Below are positions 26,276 to 38,601 of a stretch of DNA of 64,000 bases, one piece after another. Source of the stretch: Octopus sinensis (taxonomy: Eukaryota); assembly GCF_006345805.1 (NCBI RefSeq), contig NC_043000.1:63488001-63552000 (forward strand), in the 5' to 3' direction. Every line of letters starts with the position of its first letter. The stretch's first letter is position 1. The notes beneath the pieces were generated by a model. It searched no databases and was not told the DNA's origin. It saw only the letters and a list, made by a program, of their open reading frames with translations. Both the position numbers and the translations under genes were made by a program.

Positions 26276-26344
<69 letters not shown>

Positions 26345-28359
26345 TTTGTATAACAGAATTTATAATAGCACTGACAGATATGTGTAAAAATATAGATGTT
26401 ACAAAGCATGACAAAGTGGAGTGAACGATTCACAAAGACAGCAAAATTTAGTCAATTTAGAAATTCTTACCAAAGAACATAAAAACGCCTCTTAATCGAC
26501 GTATTACTTAAGATGGAGATCAGTTTACTTCTGAAAGATGCGGGAAATTGTCCAGATATGAAAGACTGAGAAATAGAGACATCCAAAATACAGAAGAGTA
26601 TTTACAGTAGCACCACCACCAATAAATAAATAATAAAATATAAAAACTAATTTTAAAAACTGCAACCAAGACGCGTGGGGTTGCATGTAGTTACATAGCA
26701 AAATATAAGGAAAAGTTGACTTTGGCGGGATCTGAATTCAGAAAGTAAAGAACCAGAACAAATATTAGAAAACATTTTTTTCGATACTCTAAAAATTCTA
26801 CCAGCTCATCTCCTCAATGTTTTGGAATTTAGGTACCAGATCAGTAATTATGAGGTTTAGGGGGTTTGTCGATACCATAAATTCTAGGACTTTTGATTGG
26901 TACTTTATTGACCACAAAAGAATGAAGGTTAAAGGTGACTTCATCAAAATTTGAATTTAGAACACAAAGACACAGGACAAATACAACAATAATTTTTCTG
27001 ACGTTCAAAGAAGAGCGACAGATGAGAAAACATTACAAGGGCAAACTACAAAAATGGTGGGGTTTTACGAAATATCGATTACGAAAAATCAGTCTTGAAA
27101 ACCAAAATTATTAACAAAAAGTATCCTAATGGGTGTAGTTTGTTAGTAGGTCTGGTCATTCTGAATACTCTTGTCATTACCACCTAGTAGACAATGGGAA
27201 CTGAATAAGCAAGTTTGCGAGTTTTTACAATCTTCCACTTACTTACTATTTATACACATCCGTTCCAGTTGAAGCATAAACGGCCACTGACTTAAAAATC
27301 TAAACCTTGGAAGATCATCTGAATCTCGAATTCCAAACCTTTCTAAACTCAAGCTGCAACTCTGCTTAGTCTGCGCTATGCAATCCTCATAATCGTCAAA
27401 AAGCACGAGAGCAAAATACCCGGAAATTCTGGTCGCGCTTATAGCTATTACATCTAAGTCTTATGACTTGTAGTCGTTAATGAGTGATATTTCAAACCGA
27501 ACCCATTTCAAGTTCGTTTTCACAAACGATTTTCAGTACTGACACATTGTGTGAAGAATAAATGGAATACTTTCACTTCCTGCATTCGGATCAACATGGA
27601 AATTCGATTTCCGTGCTTTTCCTAAAATATTACTTGAAACATTGCATAGGCAGTTTTCACTTTGAAACTGGTTACATCATGCGAACATTTTAATTGTAAC
27701 TGTTTGCAGACATCTGTTGTTGCAAGTGTTGTAGATGCTGCTGTTGTTGCTGCTGTTTCTATTGCTACTATCATAGTGATTGAAACTGCAGTGCTGGTTA
27801 TATTGAGACGGCCTACATTTTTTTAAACTTTGAACTAGAACGAGAAAGCTGTTTTTGGTTGTATGATGAAAAGGAGTCCCCCACCATTCCTTCTCTCTTT
27901 TTCAATCTACTACCATCCATCTCTCATTGATCGCACGAAGCCATTTCTAAATACTTTGTTTTTATAAGTGAGACCGTGAAGAGATAACGCTGATCAATCC
28001 GTTTTAAGGCACCTTCTGATAATGGAATGATCACCAAACAAAAGTATACAATGGCAAAGCCCTTAGTAAGTAAAAAGACAATTGTTTTCAAATTCATGGT
28101 GCGAAGCAAAATACATCTTTTATTGACTGAGACAATGAGTGCGAACTGACAGAATAGTTAGCTCATCAGATAAAATGATTGGCACCGTTTCTTTCGGCTC
28201 TTGACATTCTGAGTTTAGGGGATCAACTTTACCTTTCACCCTTTCGGGATCGATAAAATAAAATATTAGTCCTATACTAGGACCAATGTAATCAGCTTAC
28301 TCCTTCCCATCAAAATTGCTGGCATGATACCAAAATTGCAAATAATTATTCTTACCATT

Positions 28360-28570
28360 AAGGCGGCGAATTAGTAGAATCGTTAGTGCGTTGGACAAAG
28401 TGCTTCGCAGAACTTCTTCCAGTTCTTTATGTGCTGAGTTCAAATCTCTCCAAGGTCAACTTTGCCCTTCATCCTTTCGAGATTGATGATATATATTTGA
28501 GCATTGGAGGCGATGTAATAGACATACCGCTACCTTGAAAACGCTGGCTTTGTACCAAATATTGAAACCA
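28360..28570 (+). mobile_element. tRNA-derived SINE, family A (a second degenerate copy lies just upstream, ~28130-28350)
   Basis: AAGGCGGCGAATTAGTAGAATCGTTAG...CTGAGTTCAAAT...TTTGCCCTTCATCCTTTCG...TGGCTTTGTACCAAA. Confidence 0.75.
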
Positions 28571-29439
28571 TTATTTATTTATTTATTTATTCATCTATCT
28601 ATCAGAAAAGCTATGCAAAAATTTATGGAGTAGGACAAACGAATTATAGAAGCACAGTAATTATAACGATGTGATTGTAATGATGAGGGCACTCTGCCTA
28701 CAAAGAGATAACAAGCCGCCACTTGTGTTGATCCGGGGACGTCACAGCCCTGACTCAATGGACAAGATTGATCTTCAACCATCGGACGGGACCTTTTCTA
28801 GTTGCTGTTCTAAAATCAACAGAAGAGCACCGCTTTTTAAAGAGACAAACAAACGTGTAGGAAATGATATTCGAACAAAGAGGCTAAGACTTGTGTGATA
28901 TGGTATTCCCAACCTTCACTTAAAAACAAATTCTTATGTGCAGTGTCGCCATTTCATTTGTTAAGCGAACAAAACCGACACGATTTGTAATAACATTAAA
29001 TGCTGTAAATGCTTTCGCTTAGCAGACTACGTTTTGTTGTTATAGTTATTATCGTTGTTATTGCTTTCCATTTCGTTCAAAATGTTCCTGTTGCTTATTT
29101 TATAATCATATTATATTCTGCTTTATTTGACGAATGAAAATCTGCATGCTTTATCTACAGTAATCTATTGAAGCCGAATGTCAGCGTTGTTTTTCTTTGT
29201 ATAATTGTCGGATCTTTATTTAACGAATCTTCATGTTTGAACGAAAAAAATGGTCTCCCCGATGAGATAACAAAATATCATGTCCAATTCCAAATGTATT
29301 CAAAATATTATAGTCGTAAATAATTCGAAAGAAGAAAAAGAATTCATTTACATCGATTTCTAAAACATACCCTTTTCATCAGAGCTCGGAAAAGACGCCT
29401 TGACACTTAAAAAAAAACACAACAACAAGAATAGTAACA

Positions 29440-29650
29440 ATGGTTTCAAATTTCGGCACAAGGCCAGTAATTTAGTGGGAGAGTATCAGCCGATTACCTC
29501 GACCTCAGTCTTCAACTGGAACATATTTTATCGAACCCGAAAGGATGAAAGTCGACCGCGGCGGATTTTGAACTCAGAATATAAAAATGGACAAAATGCC
29601 GCCAAGAATCTGTCTGGCTTGCCAAAATTCTGCCAGTTCGTCAATAATTC
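29440..29650 (-). mobile_element. tRNA-derived SINE, family A
   Basis: Reverse complement of the family A body: TTTCAAATTTCGGCACAAGGCCAG...CCCGAAAGGATGAAAGTCGACC...TTTGAACTCAGAA. Confidence 0.75.
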
Positions 29651-29812
29651 CTACTCAGTGGAATAAATGCCATCACTGCCTTAGACTCAAAAGCCGTATC
29701 CATCAGACACAACGCTGGAATAGTCAAGTAACCAAAAGAAAATAACGTTTTTGAGAATGTAGATAGAAAAACAAGCAAATTGCTGAGAATATACAGAGCC
29801 TTGCAAACATAG

Positions 29813-30575
29813 GCAGATGTTCACAGATTGTATTTCAATAGACAGGGTATAGGACGAGTATTAATAAGTGTACATGATAAATGTATGAGAGTAGAAGGGA
29901 GAGTTTAAGGAAGTCCATAGCTGAGAGAGATGAAGCGCTTTTGATAGCAGTAAGAGGAGAGATGTTAGATTAAGAAAGAAAAATAGTGAAACCTCAGAGC
30001 TAGAAACGAGCGATAAGAACAGTAATTTTCTTTTCAAAATAGTCAAGAGTATCGATTTTAGGAGCCATTTCAATGGCTAGGAAAGGATGTTTAAAAAAAA
30101 AACATAATGAGCTTGATCCTTGCTGTGTAGGATCATGCCATCAGAATGTGATATATAAGGAAAAATTTAGAAGGAAGACATTTTGTCTGCATTTAGACTG
30201 TGTGGTAAAAGAGAGGAGACAGTTGTGGAGAAAGTTTATAAGAATTGAGACATGATAATGCTGCTACAATCATAAATTGTTGAATCGATGAAAAAAGTGG
30301 ATTTGAACCCATGGGAAAATGGCGTGTCTATGAAACAACACATTCTTGAAACAACTGTTTAACCTACAATGGAATATGAAAATTCAAATAGATAGGTAAA
30401 TAGAGCGTTCATGCCCAGATATTGTCGTATAAAGAGGAAAGACTGTGTTTAATTAATTTTGCTTGATACAAGAATGGTAGACAAAGAATTTGACATAATA
30501 GAGAATTATCAGAACCTAAAATATGAACTTCAGAGGATGTGGAATTTCTGTAAATTTATCATTATATCAACTGAA
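29813..30575 (+). pseudogene. R4/Dong-like non-LTR retrotransposon C-terminal remnant
   Basis: ADVHRLYFNRQGIGRVLISVHD; RLCGKREETV; QWNMKIQIDR*IERSCPDIVV; ENYQNLKYELQRMW (REL-endonuclease-type motifs). Confidence 0.7.
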
Positions 30576-33500
30576 TTTCCGTAACTTTATCATTATATCA
30601 ACTGTACTAGAAGCCTAAGGAACATTTGCAAGAAGTTTGAATTGAGTTGAAGGTACTGGATATCATGGTAATTTTCCTGTTTTTATACAGCAAAGACTGT
30701 ATGAAGATGTTGGATACCTAAGGCTATGCATCCAAATTGACAGAACAAGGAAATGCTGAGTGCACGAAAGGAACAACAACGACGACGACGACGACGATGA
30801 TGATGAAGAGGTAGGGAAAGAGATGGACGGTAAAACAATGATGCAGAGGGAAATTTATTCATTAAATGGAAGTCTCTATCACAGAAATACTTGATGGGTA
30901 CTTCACAAGAAAATATTGGAAAACTCAGAACATGATGAAAAATGTATTGAAAATTGCTTTAGCCATTAGAAGCCCCTTAGTATTTTTGACCATCAAAATT
31001 ACTGATACCTTGCAATGGAGCTGTGAATAATATACAACAAATTGTATTTTAACCAGGAGAACGAGAATGGGAAAATTGCAAAAATCCACTCACGTTCACC
31101 CATTACTAGTGCATCACTTATACCGGTAATTTGAAATTAATTCTCAGCCAGAAATATTGTACAATAAATATTTTATAATACAATGGTTAACTCTTCAACA
31201 ACTAGCCATTCATAAGTGAAATAAAAGCTCAAATTTCGATTGATTAAAAAGAGTACTTTGATTTTTAGTTGAAGGTGAACTTTAAATTTGTTGACGGAAA
31301 ATAGAAAACAGTTTACCGTTAAGTTTAAATCATAATAATGTAAAATATACACAGTTCAAGAGGATATCTATAAGAAACAATAAATAAGGTAATATAAATG
31401 AAGATTTGACTCATTTGTCATCTCTTCTCTCTTCTAGATGTTTTGAAATTTAATGAAGACCATATTTGGCAATTTGTAATTTTCTTCAAGCAATTTTATG
31501 AAGACATTAAAAAGATATTACCAAAGAAAAATTAATGATTAAAACAGAAGATAAAATGAGGTGGGCAAGCAAGCCTGACTGATGACTATTCACATCTATG
31601 AGACATCTCAATGAAGTTGGATAAGATTTTAAGTTGAAGACGTTGTGATGGTGTTTGGAAGACAGTGAATTACTTTACTCGACTCTTTTCTGACCTTTCC
31701 CTACTTGTCATACTGATCATCCTCATACACATAATCTTTTGCAGGGGTTCAGACATTTGTGTGAAGAAGGGAAGAAGCTATCAATCATTAAACAAATGAA
31801 CTAGCCCGAATGCTTGCGACAGAGCAGACTCTGCTAAAAGAAAAGAAAAAACTGCAAGCCAACAGAGCAAGTGCTTACAATATTGAAAGGAAATTAGGAA
31901 TAGATATAGGCTACGAATACTTTCAGAAGTTTGGGTCCTTTAGATTTTTGGCAATAGCTTTTATTGACAAAAGGATACAAATTTATAGGAAAATGTGCAA
32001 TAGTCGATTGAATCGAACACAGTTCATGTAAAAGTCAAAATAACATTCATCCCAGAGCTTTATCGCTCTCGCTGTTTAATTGCCTTCAAAAGCAGGCAGG
32101 CTTTTGATTTCAAATATTAGCACAATCTTACAAATTTTAGAGGTATGTTGTAGTTGATGTTATCGACCAGGTACTAATACTAATTGTATCGACCCTGACA
32201 GACAAAAAGTGAAGCCGACCTACCGGGTTTGATATGTAACTTAATTCTACAAGCAACTTAACCGACAGTCTAACCTAGCGATTTCCAGCTGGATTGTTCC
32301 GACACTCTAGGATAGAGGTTTCCAAAATGTATCGCGACACTTTAATGTGTCACCAATAAGCTCTAAGCGTGAAAGAAAATTAAGTCAAACCTGATCAATA
32401 TTCATAAATACTAGGTTATGAAGTATATTTGAGATCTAACAACTTAGTGTGCAATTAGATACATGACTCTGACACATGATAAGAGGTTTGATTAATAAAT
32501 CTAAATTAATATCACAAATAAAATGTACGTTGCCATCGTCACTTTGGAATCTCTGCCCCAGAGTTTCGTCAACAGCGGTGACGGTTGTCGCGAAGTTTTA
32601 AATGTAAATAACAAAACTGACAAAAAATGTCAAAGTTCATATTTCAAAACCGAGAGATGACAAAGAGGCTGAGAATACACGCTTGGACAAAATAGGCTTT
32701 CCTCTGGAGCTTATAACTTTTCTATTGGAATAAAATAGAAATGTTGTATGCCTTAAGCATTGAAAGGTAGGCTGACGAGATCATGGAGACGATGAAAACC
32801 GTTGTTTTAATGTTTCCACCACTCCCCTCTTCTTGCGTTAAGAGCTATTATCTCCTTAATATGTGGCCTTGGATCATTACTATTAATTTCTAACATTGGC
32901 ACACAGCCACAAATTTTGGGGAACAGAGAACTGCCAATAATATTTACCCCAGTACTTAACTGATGCTTTACTTTCTCTGATTACAATGCTATGTACAAAA
33001 TAATTAAAAAAGTAACCTAAAGTAATCTCCCTTGTAGATCATACGCCAAAGGAGCACCTTCTATTTTATCCAACAACAAGAAATGAAAGCTAAGTTGGGC
33101 TCTGGTGAGGTGCGATCTCAAAACATTATAGCATGCAGTATTTTCGCATCATCACTCAAAACTAACATCCGCAAATTCACTTTTTTTCGGGGAACGTTAG
33201 TATTGAATACGTAACCCTATATTTAATCATTGTAATTTACTTTCGCTTTTGAGTTAACATCGCGGAATCACAAGATACCTTCTTTTACCCTAATATTTTT
33301 TCTTACGTAACGCGATATTTGCTGATTTCAAACAAATCGAAATATCAATAAATGTCTATATGAATTGTTTTCTTTCATATTATTCACAGTAACCTATTAA
33401 AGATTCTATTAGGTGATTTCTATTACTATTTCTGTTCTCGTTCTTACATTTGATAAATCCCTTTGTACGTCTTTAACAGACAGCTTTTTTTTCCTATCAC

Positions 33501-33583
33501 TCTCTTTTGATTGTGATCCGTGTAGCAGGTTACAAGAAAAATATCTTCTTCTATGTAACTAAGTAACCAAACCACATCAGTGA

Positions 33584-33591
33584 TGACGTCA
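33584..33591. promoter_or_regulatory. CRE palindrome TGACGTCA
   Basis: Part of the 10-bp palindrome ATGACGTCAT in unique sequence. Confidence 0.3.
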
Positions 33592-34149
33592 TGCGTCTGT
33601 CACAGAGACCTTGAAACAGATTGCATTGGATTTTGACGCCTCAACAAAATCTGCTTGCCTTAGATCATTGATCCCTCCCACGCTACTTTCTCTCCTTCCC
33701 ACTTTCACCTGATAGTTTGGTTTTTGTTCTCCGGGAATTTTCACTTTCAGCGACGTCTTAAAGATATACGATGTACGGTTAGTAATCGTCTCGACTGACA
33801 ATAGCACACGCACGCACGCACACACACACACACATGCACACGGACGCGCGCACGCACACACGTACACACGCACACTTACTCACTCTCTGTTTCTCTGTCT
33901 CTCTTTCTCTTTCTTTCTCTCATTCATTGGAGCGATTACCCTGCTATCTTAAAGGCAGTATAATTGACATTGACTTTAGGTCGTGCAAGGGTTGATAAGT
34001 GCATGCTCTCGTATGCATGTATGTATATATACATATGCAGGTATTAACATATATACATACATTTATTATACAATATGGCTTTTCACGACGTGTATTTGCA
34101 TATATGTGTACGTGCCGCGCGCGTGTGTATAGACGTATATATGTAATTA

Positions 34150-34712
34150 TGTGTGTGTGGATGTGTGTGTGTATGTATGTATGCATGCATGTATGTATGC
34201 ATGTATGTATGTATGTATGTATGTATGTATGTATGTATGTATGCATGCATGCATGTATGTATGTATCTATGTATGCAGTTATGTATGTATGTATGTATGC
34301 ATGTATGTATGTATGTATGTATGTATATGTATGTGTATATATGTCTGTAAGCTTTCAACAAAATATACCTTCAGAGAGGAAATGAAAGTGGGAAAGTGAT
34401 GATGTGAAGAGGAATAACGGGAGATACAATACATACAAACATACATACATACGTACATACATACCTGCATACATACATACATACATACTACATACATACA
34501 TACATACATACATACATACATACATACCTGCATACATAGATAGATAGATAGATAGATACATACATACATACATACATACATACATACATACATACATACA
34601 CATATACATACATACATACATACCTGCATACATACCTGCATACATACATACATACATACATACATGCATGCATGCATACGTACACACATACATACATACA
34701 TACATACATACA

Positions 34713-34746
<34 letters not shown>

Positions 34747-34755
34747 CGTACATAT

Positions 34756-34816
<61 letters not shown>

Positions 34817-34820
34817 TGTG
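34150..34820. repeat. (TATG)n / (TACA)n / (TG)n compound microsatellites
   Basis: The source of the MYVC/HTYI ORFs in the track. Confidence 0.95.
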
Positions 34821-35568
34821 AGTGTACAGCAAGAGAGAATGAGAGAGAGAGAAGGTAAGAGAAATTGAGTACGAGGATTAGAAGAAGCATGAAACAAGAA
34901 AGGAGTAAGTGTTAAAATATAAGAGAGTTAAGTGTGCAAAGTTGGAAGGATGAAAGTGAGAACTATAGTTGAACACGAAGCGGAAGAGGACGAGGAAGAT
35001 TAGGAACATATAGCCAAGTTTGAGACGTCACTATGCTTTTAGTTATCTCATTCTTCCTATTTCTATCTCTCTATCTTTTTGAAGAGGTTTTAGTAACTAA
35101 AAAGATAGCCCGATCAATTGGAAACCTAAGCTTGAAAAAAGTCAATTTCTTTTCAGAAAAACATTTTTACTGTAGCTGTCTGTCTCTTTATATGCATGTA
35201 AACGTGGCTTTATGCGTATGTTTATTGTTTGCTTATGTGTATACGTAACCTGTTCGTAAGTAAATATATTTAGGAGATTGGCAAATAAATTCGTTTTTTT
35301 TTTTTCCTAATTTTTATTTTGATCCTTTCCAATATTATTTGAATTAACACGAAAAATATTTTCATCGAAACATTTTGTTTTGCTTTTGTTTTGTAGCTCT
35401 GTTCACCCTCAAACACTCTTGTTTATCAATTTTTAACTTTGAATACATTATACCACTTTTAATACATATTACGATAGAGTACCAAGCAGAAATAAAATGG
35501 ACGAATTTATCTTAAAATCGCATGTATATGAAAGCTAAGAGGGAGTTAATAGCTAACTAGAGACGCAG

Positions 35569-35576
35569 TGACGTCA
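35569..35576. promoter_or_regulatory. CRE palindrome TGACGTCA
   Basis: Part of the 10-bp palindrome GTGACGTCAC. Confidence 0.3.
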
Positions 35577-36879
35577 CAAGAGAATCTATTGTAAATTGTA
35601 ATATATACCTTTATTTTATCATAAATATTGCTATAAACAGCAACCTATTGAGGTATGTTGTCAGAACATCATTAATTTACAACTTCCATATAAATTTTTG
35701 AGTTTTGTAAATTTATGGGCATGTCCGAAAGCATACGTTTAATTTGTATCATTTCATTGAGAAGTATATATATGCAGAATTGTTTTCCTTTCCTTTTGGT
35801 CTGAACGGTGTTGCAGTATATTGAGTGTATCGCTATTCCTGACTGTGCATCAGTTGCTGAACAATAACACCTGAGCCATTTGTGTATATAATAGTCGTGT
35901 ACATAGAAAATCTTGATTAAAGCCTTCAGGTCCAGCGGAATATTTTACCCACCACCGTCTAGGAAATCTTTGCATTTTCATTTTACTTCTCGGACTGTCA
36001 TTTACTGTTATTTGACAGGTCTCCTACATCGTACTTTTCGTAAGCATGATAGAGAATACAAACATATATGTAGTTAAGTATAACTTCGATATCCTTAATC
36101 ATCACGTAGTGTCAATCCAGCTTTAACTGATCACTGGCCAATGATCCTAAACTGCTTAAAAAACTATACTTGAAGCGCCTCTAAATCTCAAGCAACAATG
36201 CAAAAGTTTAAGTAATGATCTTCGAGTTGGTTTTGAGCATAGTCCATTCAATATGAATTTTATTAAAAAGTGTAACTGAAACCAAGGTTAAGAGTTAAAA
36301 TTTGAATCAGAACCTGCCTTACCACCTCTGTATCAAATTTGATTCTGAGAATCAACCATGCTTTCCAAAAGTTTCACTAAAACACAGTTTTCACAAAGTC
36401 TCTGTCCAAGAATTACATTGAGTTTCAGATTGAGATTTGAAAACTACTGTTACAGCTTTTCCCTTTTTACCAATGCAGAGTTCAACAGAAAAAGAACGAA
36501 TGAAGCGACTGAATTCTGACGGAAAAATTACCATAAATACATTGTGGTGAACAGCATGCACCATTCCAATCTAATTGAGAGAATGATTATTGCAATTGAC
36601 AAAAAACCAACGTCGCCGGTATTTTTTATTCCATTTATATAAACAGTCATAACTGTAGGATTTCATAGCGTTGTAATCGGCAGGTTTATAATAGCATTTG
36701 TCTTTTACAAGTTGATACATAATTACTTCTATTACGTTTTCGTCATCCTTTCGTTTTACTTATATAAATAAAAAAAAAACTCTTATATTGTTGTCCCCTT
36801 AAACCAATATCAATAAACCTATTTCCTGTTGTGTTGTGCAGCGTGAGCTAAATCTTAAAATTTTCAATTCTCTTTCAGA

Positions 36880-37262
36880 GAATTGACAATGTCAATGCGG
36901 TGGCTTGTATAATCTGACACGAAAAATGATGAGACAAGCCAACTACAGTGACGCAGAAAAATCACCAGCTTCTTAAACATGACCGAGTCGTTCGTGCTCA
37001 GACTCTGAAAAAATAGTTGGTGGCCTCTAGCGGAGTTGTGTCCCCTATGACCAAAGAAAGAAACGTTCTCAAGAGCCAGATATTGTCAGGACAGCTGAGT
37101 TTGTCGAGCAAATCTAGAATAACATTAACAACCCCTGCAAGTCGATGAGGCTCATTGCCGGGCACCTCAATGTCGCAGAGTCCACTGTCAGACACGTGTG
37201 CACGAGATATCAAGTAAAAGTTTTATACGTTGAAGAAAAAGCAGTATTTGTCCGACAAGATC
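36880..37262 (+). pseudogene. maT (D,D37D) transposase N-terminal remnant
   Basis: VRTAEFVEQI...KSMRLIAGHLNVAESTVRHV; homologous to the 45559-46750 element. Confidence 0.7.
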
Positions 37263-37398
37263 CCGGTGACCTATATAACTACATGATTCCCTTTAGCCTT
37301 CTGTGGTTTCTTTATACCAGACCCCTGGTTACTGCATCTATGGAGTTGTCAGCGGGAAGAAACTACGGGCAGCCCCACGGTTCCAACGACTCGTCGGA

Positions 37399-38105
37399 AC
37401 CAAGGCGATGGACAATCGCAAATGAGAATGGAGATATACCCATATCAAGTGATTTCGATCTCTAAGATATCCCTCTTAGATCTCCTCAGTGGGCCTTACT
37501 GATTGGGGCAAAACTGCTACTTGCCTTATACAAGCATGTCAAAACCGTTGAAAGGCCAGCGCCAAATTCAAACGGTAGTAGTGTATAATTATAAAAATCT
37601 AGTATACTTATTTATATATTTGTCTTTTGTTTGTTTGTTGGTTTTTTTTTTTGCTAACTAGTCACCTATATCATTATTATTTATTAATTATAATATCGTC
37701 ATTATTTATAATCATACACTACTACCGTTTGAATTTGGAGCTAGCCTCTCAACGGTTTTAACATGCTTGTACAAGGTAAGTAGTAGTTTAGCCCCAAACT
37801 GCAAGACCCATTGAGGAATATCTAAGAGGAATATCTCGGAGATCAAAATCACTTGATGTGGATATATCTGAATTCTCATTTGCGATTGTCAATCGCCTCG
37901 GTATGTTGACTATTTTTTCTCGCTTCCCCGATTTCGTCAGCTTGTTAACATTCAGAGTTAGCAGTTGAATCGATTTTGACTCCTATATCTAGCAAAACTA
38001 GTGCTATCTAGTACCCTTATTTATATATTTGCCTTTTGTTTATTTATTTTTGCTAACTAGTCACCTATATTATTATTATTTATCAATAATATCATTATTT
38101 ATGAT
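37399..38105. mobile_element. older HHR-bearing insert: inverted arm (37399-37595) plus ~409-bp tandem unit, ending in (TA)n
   Basis: 37399-37595 is a diverged reverse complement of ~37705-37902; 37599-37700 is repeated at 38008-38105. Confidence 0.75.
37439..37493 (-). ncRNA. type I hammerhead ribozyme (canonical core)
   Basis: CCCA-CUGAGGA-GAUCU[AAGAGGGAUAUCUUAG]AGAUC-GAAAUCA[CU]UGAUA/UGGG; all three stems pair. Confidence 0.75.
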
Positions 38106-38111
38106 ATATAT

Positions 38112-38147
<36 letters not shown>

Positions 38148-38303
38148 ATATGATATGAAGGGTTTAGTTCACTTGCGTTCTAAACGAATAGGTATGCTGG
38201 ATAAGTGCTATAGCAGATCCACCTTTAGGTTCCAAGATCACTACTAAGGCTGGATCTTGGGATCCGTGTTAGGGTTCCGTTATAGCAGGTATATATTATA
38301 TCA

Positions 38304-38444
38304 TATTATAGGAAAAATCAAAACCAGGTCAGAACGAGTATCTCAAGTCATTAAGAATAATCTAATTTAATTTGAAGTCTAATTAAATTATTCTAAATGA
38401 CTTGAGATACTCGTTCTGCATTGGTTTTGATTTTTCCTATAATA
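38304..38444. repeat. fold-back inverted repeat (~65-bp arms, 8-nt loop) between (TA)n tracts
   Basis: GGAAAAATCAAAACC...AATTTAATT / AATTAAATT...GGTTTTGATTTTTCC. Confidence 0.9.
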
Positions 38445-38536
38445 TATATATATAATATAATATAATATAATATAATATAATATAATATAATATAATAATA
38501 TAATATAATATAATATAATATAATATTATATATATG

Positions 38537-38601
<65 letters not shown>

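Noticed and set aside
31438-31536. Candidate exon after TCTCTTCTCTCTTCTAG
   Set aside because: Good acceptor, but the peptide (VLKFNEDHIWQFVIFFKQFYEDIKKILPKKN*) is unrecognised and no partner exon was found.
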